64,000 nucleotides of DNA from Carcharhinus amblyrhynchos (GCA_965287045.1 OZ336874.1:17298001-17362000); one strand, 5' to 3'; counted from the first letter of the stretch, positions 37,436-52,594 are shown. Program-made: numbers and translations. The notes: generated by a model not told the origin, from the sequence alone.

Positions 37436-38734
37436 AAAGCCTCGATACCCCACTTGTGTCAATGTATTAAAATGGTACTGAATTAATTATCCAGACCCCA
37501 CGAGTTTGCACGATGAAAGTAATTATTTTCACAATGTGTAATGATCATTACAATATAAGTGGAGGCAAGTTAGTAACAAGCTCGAAACAGCAATCAACTT
37601 GGCTGGCAAGAGTATTCAACACGAGAATATCTTTGGTGGGTTTTCACATTACTCATTGTCTACATTACAAAATAACTGACAGCTTAGGAAGTTTTATTAG
37701 GGTCTGGAATTTATAAAACAATCAGAGAGTGGAGTATTCGTAGGTTGTAATCATTCAAACCCATGTGTACACAACACCAGAGTTAAAGATTCATAATTAT
37801 AAATATTTCAGAAAAACGTGCTGCTGACAGGAAATCAGGGGAAGTGTGTATTTTCTTCTAAATCCTAATTGCAAGGATGTAGAGTAAAGTGAATGAGGAA
37901 GCAATGTGACCCACAAAAGTAATTGCAAAGAATTTTTGACAGGTTTGTTTGGAGATGGTGGTCGGCGTGCTCAGACTCCATTTGATTACCCCTTGGGAAA
38001 GCTGAGACAAGGAAAAGAAAGTCCCATACCCTCTGTAAAGCTTTCCCCATGAACACTGCATGCTGGAAGCAAAACTTTGATGTCGATGGATCTAAATATC
38101 AGATTGTGATATTAGATTTGGATTTTTAAAACTGAAACACAGGATTTCTTGTGAGGCAGAATAAATGTATATTTTACAGAACATAAACTTTACTTCTGAA
38201 TCCAATTTGAGTCCTATTTACTTTATGTGGAAAACACGTGCTTGCAGAAAATGTATTATAAAACTCAAATATCTTCCAGCGGCTTCACAATCCAGTAAAA
38301 CACAAAAATAATGCACCAAACAACTCATTGATTTTATAGTCTACTGACACATCTTCCTTTGGAAAAAACCTTACTTTTTAGTTGCTGTTGTTTTTTTCAT
38401 ACCTTTTCCACTGGAGTTACAATTAGGGTTAATATTTTCTGATAGTATTGACAGTGCTTGGTGCCAAGGTCTTGATGTCCTTGGGAGTGTGACATCAGAC
38501 CCTTTGGTCTGTTCCTCCATTCAATGATATCATGGCTGATTCATTCCTCAGCTCCATACACCTTGATACCTCCATTTAACAATAATTCAGTCTTGAGCAT
38601 TTCTAATGATCATAGCCTTTTGAAGGGAAAGCTCCAAATTTCCACTGCTCCTGACAATAACAAATGCTTCCTGATTTAATTCTAACTGACTCTGTTCTCA
38701 TATTAGCTCCCCTCCTTCCGTGCAAAAAAAAACT

Positions 38735-39252
38735 GGTAATGTGGGAAAATGTAAGGTTGTTCACTTTGGTAGGAAGAGTAAAATAGCAGATTAGTTAAAT
38801 GGAGAGAGACTACAGAGGGATCTGGGCGTCCTCATACATGAATCACTAAAAAGTTTCATGCAGATAAAGCATGTAATTATAAGCCAATGGAACATGGCCT
38901 TTATTGCAAGGGATATTACAGGAGGGAAGTCTTGTCACAATTGCACAGGGCATTGGTGAGACCATACCTAGAGTATTACATATAGTTTTGGTCTCCTTAT
39001 GTAAGGATAGGTATACTTGTAGTGGAAGCAATTCAGAGAATGTTGAGTAGGCTGATTCCTGTGATGAAGGATTTATCTTATGAGGAACTTAAGTAGGTTC
39101 AGCCTGTACTCATTGGAGTTTAGAAGAAGAAAGTGTTGTGGGAATAGCAAGGGACAAAGGAGTAGAGATAGATGATCAGCCATGATCTCATTGAATGGCA
39201 GAACAGGCTCAAAAGGCCGAATGGCCTACTCCTGCTCCCAAACTCCTATGTT
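38735..39252 (+). mobile_element. CR1 LINE ORF2 fragment with 3' tail
   Basis: aaatgtaaggttgttcactttggtagg (KCKVVHFG), ttggtgagacca...gagtatt, and tail cctactcctgctcc. Confidence 0.85.
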
Positions 39253-41427
39253 CCACTTCCACTATCCTCGTAGGCAGCAAGTTCTCAAAATCGCAAGTTA
39301 GATTCAGTTGAAAAAGGCTCTTCACTCCGGTTGATCTCATCCACTCAGAATACTAAACCTGTTCTCATTCCATTTTAACTCTGAGCTTCCACCTGAACAG
39401 GTAGGCAGGGCTCTTAATTATGTGTCTCATCTGAAAGAAGGCATGCTGAACATCTTATGATGTCAATACTACGCTTGGTACCTAGAATGAAGAGGTAACT
39501 TTCTGATTCTGCCCTTGTGATGAAAGTTACCCCTTGTTCGCTCACTGACGTGAGAGCTGAAGTCACTACTTTTGATTAAGAGGTAACAATGCTACTGACT
39601 GAGTCAAGTTGACATTTTCCAGTCAAAATAAACTTCTCATCTGGATTGCTTCTTTAGATTTATCCCTTTGAGTCCTCCAAAACATGCATCTCTTGGCATT
39701 TTCCATAATTATTCAGATTATTTTCCCAAATATAAGGATAAAAGAATGCTAAATTTTCAAGTTCAAATTTTCACCTTGGGTATACATCTAACTTTGTTGT
39801 ACTCACTCCATAAACATCCCCACGAACATTGTAACCCAGGCTGCGATTTTCAATTGACAAGTGGTTTGCCTTTAAGTTTCTAATTTTAGAAAAGTGTTGA
39901 CTGCTCCAACAACTCATGTCTACCATTAGAAATTTCACATGAATTGAGGGTGAAGGCAGGTGCAGGGAGGGAATGGTCTCAGCTGCTTCAGGCTACTCTA
40001 GAACAGGATAATGGGACATTGTCTCACACACTGTTACACAACATTGACATAGTACTGCAACAGTTAAGAACTTCAAGCCTTGTCTTTGAGAAAAATCCCA
40101 ATTACTTTTTCAAGTGTTTTCATTTTAAAACAAAAGGTAGCTGACATTTCATTTTTGAATTAAAATGGTGATTACACAGGTCATTAAGTCTGACCATAAA
40201 CTCTTCTGGGAGAAATTCCTCCTGTAGTTCAAATTATCCTACACACGGTGAGCCTTAACTGTTGGGGATGTGTAAAGTTAACATGTACGATGCAGTCTTC
40301 TGCTCCTTTGAAAACCTTGTTTTGTTTCGGCTGGCACCTTGCATACTTGTGATCAGTTGTATCAAAACTGAAGCTTCACTGGCTAAAACACTGTTAAGCG
40401 TTAATTAAAGGAACACAACAACAATCCAGCAGCCTTGGAAGGAATTCCCATGGTAAATGCACATGTCTCAACTGCTTGGAGCTAACATTCATCAAACAAG
40501 GTGAACTGAGAAGGACAAAAGACAGTACTGTGGAAAGGGCGTTATGTGTGGGACTTTGAGAGTTGGGCAATACCCTCAGAAATCCACTCATCACATGCGT
40601 TGCACCAAAAGGGTTCCCCGAGCACATGCTGTCACGAATCTCAATCCCATTAATAATATCTGTGATGTAGCATACCTCCAGTTCGGAAGACTGAAATGAA
40701 GCATAGGAGCGATGACTCCAAAAGTATGTTGATCACGGTTTCTGAATAATTATGCACAAAGGGTCCACACACTGCCAACGAGACTGTTAACCTTTTTTAA
40801 ACCTGCTGTGGTTTGATTTGCTATTGTCTTGACAAAATACTATTATAGGTTCCCAAATACTACAGATTTAGAACATAAAGAGACACCTGAGTACAAGATG
40901 AATTTATAACTTGTGTCAAAGTGACTCTTCCTGAAGGAGACCAGTTGGCAGCAAATTGAGTTACTTATAGAGTTCATTTAGATGTTGTCCCCAACCTCAC
41001 ACTTGGTAATGCTATGGTTATAGTAGGTGTAAGACGTATGCCTCCTGAAAATGCTAATTTTATAAAATATACCTATGATCTTAATTTCCATAGATTCTTT
41101 GGCGGAATCTACATAGAATTTATTCGAGGGTCAGAACCATTTCTGGGTCATGACTGAAGTGCTGCCCGCCATCTGCACAGTGTTGCAATCTTACAGAGGG
41201 CAACCAATTAATAGACTGCCTTCACCTTCACTGGCCAGTTAAGAACTGCGGGTACGGCTGTGATACAGAGGCTCAATAAGAGGTCCCACAGCGTTGAATA
41301 GCTAGCAGTTCCATCGGAGCAGGTGGATTGTGCAGAGGTGGATAGGAACCATGAGAGCATCTCAAAATTGTGGCACTCTTAGAAAGCTGCTGAACATTTT
41401 AGAATAAGGCGGCACAGAAGTTTTTTT

Positions 41428-41768
41428 TAATTCATTCGGGGCCAGTATTTATTGCCCTTAATACGAGGGGCTTGCTAGGTCATTTCCAGGAGCAGTTGAG
41501 AATCACTTTGCTGTGGCTCTGGAGTCACATGCAGACCAGACCAGGTAAGGACGGCAGGTTTCCTTCCCTACAAGGACATTAGTGAACCAGACGGGTTTTC
41601 TGATAATTGACAGTGGTTTCATGGTCATCAGTGGATTTTTAATTCCAGATATTTTGTATTGAATTCAAATTCCATCACTTGCTGTAGCTGGATTTGAACC
41701 TGAGTCCCCAGAACATTCGCTGAGTTTCTGGATTAATAGTTGAGCGATAATATTACAAGGCCATTGCC
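41428..41768 (-). mobile_element. tRNA-derived SINE (family 2)
   Basis: Reverse-complement match to 37102-37435 and 54626-54980. Confidence 0.8.
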
Positions 41769-42501
41769 AAGCGGTAGCAAAGTGGAGGGGTGGAATGACT
41801 GTGGTCATGGTACTGGCCCTTTCGTCCTCGCAGCTCCCTCATTAGGGATTTGAGGGAAGAATCACATGGCCCTCTGACCTGCCACCAGGAGACTGCCTCC
41901 AAGTAGACTTAGCTCAGGCCCATCTGACACTGACAAAGTTTAATTAGCATCAAATAATGATTGGGAATCTTCACTGAATTAACTGTCTGCCTACTTCCTG
42001 TGGCATCCTGCCCTGGGAGACAACAACAGAAGCAGGACAGCATCAGAAAGTTGTCCAGGTGGGTATTCCAATTTCTGGAAGAAATTGGAATACCCACCTG
42101 GACAACTCTACCTGCAAAGCTTCGTACCAGTCTGAGTCATTTGGCACACCATGTATCTGCTGGTTCTTTGCAAGATTACCTATTTAGTCCCATGCCCTTT
42201 TCCAATAACATTATAGGTATTTTCTTTTCAATGTCCAATTTCCCACTGAATTTATTTCAGCTACTCTTTCAGGCAGATTTTAACATCTTTACAGCTGATA
42301 AGATTTTTAATCAAAATTGGAAAATCTATATTTAATCTGCAGTTGCGACCAATCAGACAGCCAGGCCCCCATACAGTATTTCGCCAATTACTCTTTCCAT
42401 TTACTCTAGTTCACAAATCCACAAAGCCCCCACCAACATCACCAATAGCTTAAACTGACATTCCTCATTGTCCCCTGAATGTGCTGCTTCAGTCTTTTTT
42501 A

Positions 42502-42793
42502 AAGTTTAAAGTTTATTTATTCATGTCACAAGTAACCATACATTAACAGCGCAATTAAGTAACTGTGAAAATCCCCTAGTTGTCACACTCCAGTGCCTGT
42601 TCGCGTACACTGAGGAAGAATTTAGCGTGGCCAAGCGCCTAACCAGCACATCTTTCAGTCTGTGGGAGGAAACCCAGGCAGGCACAGGGAGAACGTGCAG
42701 ACTCTGCACAGACAGTGATCCAAGTCGGAAATCAAACCCAGGTCCCTGGCACTGTGAGGCAGCTGTATTAATCACTGTGTCACCGTACCACCC
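42502..42793 (-). mobile_element. V-SINE, variant-tail subfamily
   Basis: Reverse-complement match to 8502-8792. Confidence 0.85.
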
Positions 42794-43090
42794 TAGCCTA
42801 CTGCTTGTCCTGGCTGCAGTTCTTTCCAGATATTGCTGCTTCATCTTAGGATCAAACTCCATGCACAGTATGTCAATCTCTAGGACAACGTGGTACCATC
42901 AAGTGTGAATTGTATTCCGCAGTGGTATCCAGAAAAACATTGTTGATGGAGTACTTGGCTAGGCCTTTGTGGCGGTAAATCAGTTTTGTGTATCCAAATT
43001 TGGGCTTTGAAGCACATAATCAATGCAAGAGGTTAACGAAAAGGACAAGTATTCACACATATGATGACAGTGCTACAAATACAGAAGTTC

Positions 43091-43108
43091 GCTGCTGCTG
43101 CTGCTGCT
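43091..43108. repeat. (GCT)6 microsatellite
   Basis: gctgctgctgctgctgct. Confidence 0.9.
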
Positions 43109-44644
43109 ACTGTAACATTTTTACACCTGTAATAGCAATGAAAATAGCACTGCAGTGTTTGGCATGTACTGAGTGTGCCCTGCTGCACTTACAGCTTTTT
43201 CAATCCAAACTATAGAATCCAATATTGTTTTTCCTGAAATGTGTGCAGGGAAATGTTAGGCATATAGTTTCAATATCAGAATATTTTAGACTTCATACTA
43301 TCCTGCATGTACCAACGACACATACATTAATAACAGTGACGGGCAGATCAATAGAATTATGAGCTATAACTGAGAGTGTTGGTAAATTAAAACATATTTT
43401 ATGGTTATGACTTTGCATGTACTATGTACACGGTCATTCCACATAACCAAATAAGTATTGAAAGAAGGCAACAAATCCGTGATTATTCTTCTTGTAAAAG
43501 ATGTTTGGCTGGGTACTGAATATTTTGCCATATTATTACTTACAAGAAGATATAACTACATCAGTACCTTTGGGGCACAGTCAATCTCAGGGGCATGATT
43601 ATAGTTGCATTTTGTCTGAATTACAAAGTAAAATCTTACTCTTGCACTCCAGGACTCCCTCTTCAGACATCTGATCTGATTTCCTTCACAGTTCAGGCAA
43701 AGTACTGATCTGTTTCAGGGGGTCCATGGATTATTCACCCTGCAGCTGGTGACAAGTCGTATCAAATGCATATGGCAAGGGTCCCTCCTAATGGCTCAAG
43801 CAGAATGCAAGTAACTACTTGCAGGAAAGAAAAGGGTCATGTTTACTGGGCTATGTGAATACAGGACCCTGTGGGTCTATCCAATGCAAACAGCTGCAAC
43901 ATTTTGATGATTTGAGTTCATGATTAGCAATTTAACAGGTTGCCTAGCAGCATTACCGCAGATGCATTATACACTGGGTCATCAATTGTACACATTCTAA
44001 CAAATCCAATCTTACACAAATGAAATTTTAGAATGAACTTGTTGCAAAGGCAAAACAAATGAATACATTTTGAAAAGACTTTTCAGAAGGAAAATGGGAT
44101 TTCTCCCTATGCATGGTCTAAATATTCCTTTCCTGTGCTAAACCTAGATGAGAAGCTGTAGATACTTACGGATTGGTATTATGTTTCCATTGAGTTATTA
44201 GCACTGAATTTTAAATAATAAGAATAAGTTACATGTTTAAAAAATTAAATGAAATTCCACAGGGCCCTGCCATTGTCCAATAGAAAACCTGGAAAAGTTA
44301 GGAAAATACTCTTTACTCTTGCTGCTATTTTTCTGGGCAGAAGAACCTCTAAAATTCATCACAAACATCCTTGGTACACCCACCAGGCTTAATTTTTATT
44401 TTACTGGTAACATTAAAGTCATAATCAGTGCATTAAATCTTCCTGCTTTTGCTGATTCAAAGATAGACAAAATTGATTTCAAATGTCACAAAGATTGAAT
44501 TGAATTGACCTATCAGAAGTGTCACTGAATTAATATTCAAATGCTAATTCGTATCAGATTCTGGTCTGTCAGAGATACTCTGGAATGAATAACTACTTGT
44601 GTTATTATTTGGGAAGTGGACCCACTTGCTGGGTTATTTTATTC

Positions 44645-44905
44645 ATAGATTTAAGGTAATTGGCAAAAGAAGCAAAGGCAACAGGACAAACAGGCTTTTT
44701 AAACAGCAGGTCATTAGGGTCTGGAACGCATTGTCTGAGAATGTGGTGGAGGCAGGCTCAGTGGAGGCAGTCAAGGGGGAACTACCTGAAAATGAAGAAT
44801 GTGCAGGGCTAAAAGGAGAAGATGGCAGAGTGGCACTAAATTGCTCATGTGGCAAGCTCATGCAGACTTGATGGGCCAAATGATCTACTTCTATGCTGTA
44901 ACATT
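44645..44905 (+). mobile_element. CR1 LINE 3' fragment
   Basis: HRFKVIG...FKQQVIRVWNAL in ORF 44599-44871. Confidence 0.8.
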
Positions 44906-46276
44906 TCAGTGGCTCTGTGAAGAGTATTAATACTTTATACACCCATTAATCCACACCAAGAACTCAAGTTGGATTAATGCAATGTCCACTAGCCAAAGAC
45001 ATCAAGAAGAAAACAAGCACATGTAGCTCTTCAACAGTTAAGTTAGACACTAGTCATGTGCCACAGGAGATTAAACTGCGAACACATCCCAATGAAAAGT
45101 CATGGCATTGTTTCGCCTTGAACTCTGGAAAAGCTGACAAGCATCTACTAGTGACAACAACAATCAACTTGCTTCTTATCTCTAGATAATGACAACAATG
45201 ACAGTTGGCACTATTTATGGTTATTATGCGCAGTGTAACAGATATACATGCACAATATTTTGAACAATCAAGCTATCTGTACAGAAAACAAATATTTACT
45301 CCTGATCCAAGCTACTAACAGTGCTACAGAATTTTAAAAATATTTGATTGGAAACATTGCTTCATCATGGTAGTCTCCCAGTCCTTCTTAGAGAAACCAT
45401 GCCCACAGCCTTTCAATGTTAGGTTTACAGCCAAGGAGATCAGTGACATCAGTGACGATCAGCAACACAACTTTTCAAATTACTTTTGAAAAATCCATGC
45501 TGTGGATCACCAGCAAGACAGCATGTCTACTGAAAAGGCACTAATGAAACATGATGTACAGGAGTGACCTCATGACAAATCCTGAGCCGACAATTATACG
45601 TTTTGGTTCAGCAAGTGAGCTCCAACACTCAAAACGGTCAAATCCTTAGATGGACAAATTGTGAAAATAGCCTGCATCTGGCATATTGAAACCACCATGA
45701 CTACCTGCTTTCTCTAAAGAAAAGAACCTTTGCAACAAAAGGGAACACTGTCATTGTATTTAGAAAGTCAAAAAAGATCATGAAGAGGATCAATATCATA
45801 TGCTGCACCAATTTTATCAGTTTATGATTGTATCTTGGTGGTAAGACACCAACTAACTGTGAATTTATTCTAACTTTCATAAACTTGGTGATTCAGCAGG
45901 TTTGGCCCCCTAATGAGAATGATATTGTGATAACAGAAGAAATTCATCTCTGACCCCAATTAAGAGTATTCAATGCCAACAGTTATAATTCAATATCAAG
46001 ATTCTTCATTTGTCTGCTTCTGGATTTTAGGCTTCTTGCCTAGTAAAATTGAGATGACCTCTCTAAAAGATTACATTAAAATTCAGCTTGATTTTAATTG
46101 AATATACTGCAGTTATGGTGTGACCCAAGAAACTCATCCCTTTTTGTTACAAGAACCATCTCAGTGCTGCTAGGAGCCATCAATATAATCCACACATTCA
46201 GACAGTGAAGGAAACTTACCCAGTGGTGAGTAAGTTACTAACTGAGGATGTATCCAATGATGTAGGTTAACTCCTA

Positions 46277-46563
46277 GGGCAGCACAGCAGTTAGCACTGC
46301 TGCCTCACAGTGTCAGGGTTCCAGGTTCGACTCCCAGCTTGGCTCACTGTCTATGTGGAGTTTGCCATGTTCTCCCTGTGTCTGTGTGTGTTCCCCCTAG
46401 GTGCTCCGGTTTCCTCCCATTGTTCGAAACACATGCTAGTTAGGTGCTAAGTTCTCCCCCAGCGTACCCAAACAGGTGCCAGACTGTGGCGACTAGGGGA
46501 TTTTCACAGCAACTTCATCGCCGTGTTAAGCCTACTTATGACGCGAATAAACTTAAAAAAAAA
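46277..46563 (+). mobile_element. V-SINE, variant-tail subfamily
   Basis: ggttcgactccc B box, V domain, tail ending aataaacttaaaaaaaaa. Confidence 0.85.
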
Positions 46564-49118
46564 CTGTTAGCATCTCATTATGTAAAGCTCCACGTGAACA
46601 TTTTATTGGAAAAACATATTCCAGTGTCAGTCATTTAGATGAAAAGTTAAGGGTTAAGGACTCATTCTAAATTCATTTAGTTGATGAAATACAAAATTTT
46701 CTGTTTTGGAATATTTCTAATTCAGTTGTGACCGGAGAAACGATTTGCGCAGAGTGCTAGCGGAATTGGGAAAACTGGCGTGTAGCTCGTAGGCTGCACA
46801 GCCGAATTTTGTCGCCACATTTCACATTACTCCGTGCAGAAGGAATCTCCTGATGCGACACATGGCATCATATTGGTAGGCTCCAGAAATCAAGGCACCC
46901 TTTAAAAATGGTTCCCCAATCTGTAATTTAAAAAAAAATTATTCTCCCCCCCTCCAAAGGATAAGCAGAACCCTCTCAACACACACAAGAGCACCCCTCC
47001 TACCCACAGATAAGGGGACCCCCCCCCCATGACACTCCTCAGAGGGGCCTCCTGGAACACTGTCAAAGGAGTAATGCCAGGAAATTGCCCCGGCATGTCC
47101 CTCCTCCTCCACCCCCAGCCCCTCCCCGCACAGGGGTTATATTTATCTGTGCACCCCTAGATGGCTCCTATGTATGCTTGGCTGTGTTTGTTTCATTAAT
47201 GCAAATGCTTCATTTTAAGATATTACTGCCCATGCAATTCATTTTAAATGCCATGCTTTAAAAAGTTAAAGCTAACTTGATCACATTTTAAATTCACAGG
47301 CATGCTGGGATTAGCTTAAAAAATTGACTGCATTCTTTGAAAATACAAGGCAAGCAAAAACAGCAGCTTTTCAGGGCCACAGTTGCAAGGATTGCTTTGG
47401 TAGTCAGAGACAGCATGTACCAAACAATTTCAACAACACGGATAAGAAATAACTTGTATTGTAGTTACAGCTTTACGTTCAATTCAGAGTATGTTTTGAG
47501 TTCTTTGACCAGCACAAGACTGGTTCTTGCCAGTATCTCTCTTCTCTCTCTCTCTCTCTAGTCAATCTTTTTTTTTCGCTTTCTATAATGTTTTAATTTT
47601 AAATCCGGCTCAATAAAATACATTCATCATATCAGTCTTTGTCTATTCTGAGGAATGAATGGACCCTACAGTTCCATTTGTCTGGTTCACGTTTTGTAAA
47701 AGCTGTTGAAAACCTCACCGGTGTGACAGGCATTCCTAATGTGGGAGGACATAAGGCAGGGAGCCCTTTAGTGAAATGCTAATTTATTGAAATGAGGTTC
47801 CTGCCTTCCTGGGCAAGAACTTTGTGACGTCACTGATAAGGGGAAAGAAATTCAGAAAGCGAGGTCATACCGAAGAGATTCTCATTTTTTGAATCTTGTG
47901 ATATTTTATGCCCACATTGCCGTTTTGAGGTGAATTCAGAGGTAAAATCAGGGTAAGAATCTCCAAAATCCAACAGTGACTAACACATTCTGTGTGATTT
48001 TTAATGGCTTGAGTGGGTTTTTTTGATAGCCTGAGAACTTATTTGTTGCTTTGCGACATCATGGGGATGTTAAAGAAGGCATGTTGATTTGTTTCTTCTT
48101 TTTTGTTCTCATTACCATCCAATAGATCATCATGTGGACATGAGTAGAGGACAGTATTGGTGCCGTATGGCTCAACAGCACTCAATTCCTTGGCTCAGTG
48201 CTAATGTCCACAGTTGTCAATGCCTTTCGGAAAGGAAAGAGAAACCTGGCAGGGAAAAGCACATTTAGCCTTTCCGCAAGAAGTGAAACACGATCCAATA
48301 ATTTTTACATTTTATTTTGACATTAGGAATAGTAAAATTACATCATGAAAAGGTTTCCACTCATTTCCTTTAGCTGCAGTGTTAAATATGTCATGGGCCA
48401 TAAATACAAATGTCACAGGTGGCAGGCAGTACGATATGGATGAAATATCTCCACTCACGAGACAGATCGTAAACGACTTGTCGGCTGCTGTTGACCCCAT
48501 TTATGATTATTTCTCATACTTTACCAATAAGTGTACCATAAATTACAACAGAGTGCAACTACTCTGCATTGTTAGTGGAACATTTTCCCAATGCCCATCA
48601 CAATAAAATCGACTGACTGTTCACACAGTTCTTCACGTTGTGCAGCTCGATTTGGCTGCATGCTGCTTTGTCACTCGCAAGTCAACAGAAACTCCGTGAA
48701 ATAAAACTTCTGCCATGTGAAGTCATCCCCTGGAGGTTGTTCAATGTGAAGCTGTTCCGTGTCTGATCCATTACACTCTTTTCAATCACCGCTGATGGAA
48801 ATGAAAGAATCCTCTTTTTCAAGGATCAGACTTCAACAAAAATAGTGTTCAACCCGCTCTCTCTTTATCTCTAAGGCTTCTAATGGCATTTTGGTTTATC
48901 CTTACAGATGAGTATATTTTCAGCTGCAGAGAAGAGGATATATGAGGCAAGTGACTCCAAGGAGACAAATAGCAAAAGTTGTCCATTTATCTTTGAACTT
49001 GACTTCCACAAAAATAGAATTTGACTCAAGTGATGCTGGTAATTAAGTTACGAAATGAAACTTTGACCAAATTCTGAATGAGATATTTCTCCCCTGGATC
49101 ATGAAAAACAGATGCCGA

Positions 49119-49313
49119 GGCTGGAATTTGCCGCTCCCTCACGGCAACGCAGGCGGCTCGCCAGTTGCCCACCACTAGAATCTTCCAGTCCCACCAAGTT
49201 CAACAGCCATTGTGTTGTCTGCCAGTCATGTTGCCAGGAAACCCGCTGTGGGGAGTTATACTTCAGTGGGGCTGGAAGATCCCACCACCGGGAAGGACCA
49301 GAAAAATCCCGGT
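49119..49313. mobile_element. Palindromic MITE-like element
   Basis: Internal arms tcttccagtccca / tggggctggaaga; relatives at about 5177-5352 and 54251-54385. Confidence 0.55.
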
Positions 49314-49444
49314 TCGAATATATTTTATATTTTCCTGCTTTTCAACATTTTTTAATGCAGAATCTTGCACTCTGGTATGAGAAAACTGGTGGGTAGCTCT
49401 GTGCACACAGAATCTGAGGGTGTGGTTTCCGCTGTCACAGGGCA

Positions 49445-49895
49445 GGGCAGGACTTGTACCTACTGCAGTTTAGAAGGACGAGAGAGGTTCTGATCGAGGT
49501 ATATAAAATTTTAAAAGGGATTGATAAAAGTAAATGTAGACCAAATGTTTCCACTTATGGGGCAATCTAGAACAAGAGGTCATGGGTATAGGTTGCAAGG
49601 CGGTAGATTTAAAGCTGAGATGAGGAGAAACTACTTACCGCAGAGGTTGGTGAAATCATGGAGCTCCCTGCCCCATAGCACACTGGAGTCTAAATCGTTG
49701 AATGGTTTCAAGAGGGAAATACATATATTTCTAATTAAAAAGGTAAAGATGGACATGAGGAATGGTTTGGGGGAGGGGAGGGGTGGTGTAGGTGGATTTG
49801 AGACCAGGGAGAGATCAGCCATGACCCGTTTGAATGGCGGAGGAGGTTTAAAGGGCTGAATTTGTCAACTCCTGCTCCTAATTCCTATGCTCCTC
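49445..49895 (+). mobile_element. CR1 LINE 3' fragment
   Basis: SRTRGHGYRL...PQRLVKSWSSLP in ORF 49521-49859, plus tail. Confidence 0.85.
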
Positions 49896-49909
49896 ATTCC
49901 ACATATGCA

Positions 49910-50845
49910 TCACCTTCTGTGTGAAAAGATTGCCCCTCGAGTCCTTTTTAAATCTTTCCCCTCTCACCTTAAACCTATGCCCTCTAGCTTTGGAGCCCTA
50001 TCGTGGGGAAAATAACTTGGTTATTCACCTTACCTATGCCTCACATAACTTTACAAACCTCTATAATGTCACCCTTCATCCTCCTACGCTCCATGGAAAA
50101 AGGCCCAGCCTATCCAGTCTTTCCTTGCAATTCAAACCTTCCAGTCCTGGTAACATCCTTGTAAATCTATTTTGTACCCTTTGCAATTTAATAACATCCT
50201 TCCTATGGCAGGGCGACCAGAACTATACGCAATACTTCAAACATGGCCTTACCAATGTCTTGTACAGTTGTAACATAACATCCCAACTCCTGTATTCAAT
50301 GCTCAGACCGATGAAGGCAAATGTGTCAAACGCCTTCTACCTATAACTCCACTTTCAAGGTACTATATACCTGCATCCTGTTCGACAACAATCTCAAGGA
50401 CCCTACAATTAACTGCATATGTCCTGACCTGGCCTGTCCACAAAAATGCAACACCTCACATTTATCTGAATTAAACTCCAACTGCCATTCCTTGAGCCAC
50501 TGGCCCAATTGGTCCAGATCCTGTTGTAGTCTTAGATAACATTCTTCACTGTACCACCAATTTAGTGTCATCTGCAAACTTATAAACCATGTCTCTGATA
50601 TTCTCTTCCAATTTGTTTATATAAATGGCAAACAACAGTCAATCCAGCACTGATCCCTGCAGCACACCACTGGTCACAGGCCTCCTGTCTGAAAAACAAC
50701 CTTCCACTGCTATCCTCTATCACCTACTGGCAAACCAATTTTATATCCAATTGGCTAGTTTTCCTGGATCCCATGTGATTATCCTTACTCATCAATCTGC
50801 CATGTGGTCCCTTGTTGAAGGCCTTGCTAAAGTCCATGTAGACTG
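49910..50845 (-). mobile_element. CR1 LINE ORF2 fragment
   Basis: LQQDLDQLGQWLKEWQLEFNSDKCEVLHF; tttgcagatgac (FADD); VDMDFSKAF-like at about 50820-50840. Confidence 0.9.
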
Positions 50846-52594
50846 AATTGGAAATTGAACAAGTAATATTCAAGGCCAAATGAATGACCAGAACTTAAGA
50901 AAAATTAGAAGCTTTCACATTATTATATTGATAGTATTAAATGCTGCACCAACACAGATAACAGTGCCCTATCACTGAGCTTAACAGTTGTTGAAAACAG
51001 AATCAAATTTTCAGCTTCTTCCTTCTATATTCCAGCCTGCAGAGCATCCCCCTCCGCGCCCCATCTTCCCACACTATTCCCCATGCAACACAGATATTTC
51101 TGCTAAGTAAGGTGAGTGGTATTTATGTGTGCTATTGATCCCACATATTGACTACACAGAGTGCAGCCATGCTGTTAATTCAACTACTTTAGCTGCAGTG
51201 TCAATTTTTACCATCATCATTTCGGACAGAGACCTTTTGAAATCTCAGTTCCTGATGGAAACTAAAGAAGAATAAAACATAATACAGCTTTTAAGCCCAA
51301 TCTCAGTCCTTGTGCTCCATTTACACCAAAAGAAATCTGGTTCAAATCGAGATTGAAGACACATTCAGTGCATCACTTGGGTCATGGGCGCATGCACAGT
51401 GACCTTGTGAGGCTGTCAAATATGGGAATGAATTGTCTAATCAAGTGGGATGCTCAGAACTCACAGGAGGTCTTTTCCCCCAACGTTGATTTAGATGCCG
51501 TTACGTCCAAAGCGCGTCCACAGAGTTTGACAGGTAACTGTGCTCCTCACTTAAACACACATTCCTAATTAAACTGAAAATGAATATTCCCCTTGGAGGT
51601 TCAACTGTTCTTTCTTATTGTACCTAGAGTAGCTGCTACACCTTCCCTGCTTCTGGGCATGGTGGAGTCAGAGCAGAAGTCAAGTACTGTGACATCCAGC
51701 TGAGAGTGCTTACTCTGAGCATGACTGAGCAACTAGAAAAGGGGGTGAGCATGTCTACTACAGGTCACTCAGGATCATGGAGAAAAAGGGGGAAGCTTCA
51801 ACTAAATGGACCTTCCTATGAACAGCAGAATTTTCCCATCTTGCTTGCCATGAGAATCATAGCAGACAGAGACAGGACCATGCAAAGGTCTGTTGACCTC
51901 AGGTGGGAGTTTCAAACCTTGGGGCGAGCATGGCCGGAAAATCTCACCCTGGATACTTTTTTGCGATGATAACATACTTCTCACGTGAAACAAATCTGTT
52001 CTGTGGATTCTATCCTTTTCTCTACTGCTTTTTAACACGGTTGATCAGATAAAAGTGCACTGATATTCCGAGGGAATGATTTATGTTTAAAAACTTATAA
52101 ACTGACATGTGACTCATTTTGATTTTCATTCCTAGGTTTTGTAAGCAGTAGAGTCAGGCAGCGATGGTGTTCTACCATCAAGAAATGCATCTTTAATGAA
52201 TATCACAGATACCTTAAGTGGTTTTAAAAGCAACTGAATGCCACATCCTGACCACTAACCTTGTTTGAAAATACTGCAAAAAAAAAGCCTATCGTCTGAG
52301 GCTGAGTTGATCTGACAACATGCTTCATTTTCCAGTTATTCTGAATTCTTTAACACAATGATGGTTCTTTGCTCTGTAAGGTCATACACAAATGGGCACA
52401 GCTGTAGCAAGTCTAACTCTTGCTATGGGCACACGTCAAAGAACATTTCATTCAAAATAAAATTGCGCTTTTATGTGTAAAAGCTGTTATTTGGTCACCC
52501 CTTATAAATTCAACATATTGGAGGGTTGTGGGGTTAAAATGTTGGCCAATTTTTCTTTAGATAGGGGGAGATGGTCGTGTCACTTAGACCAGTA

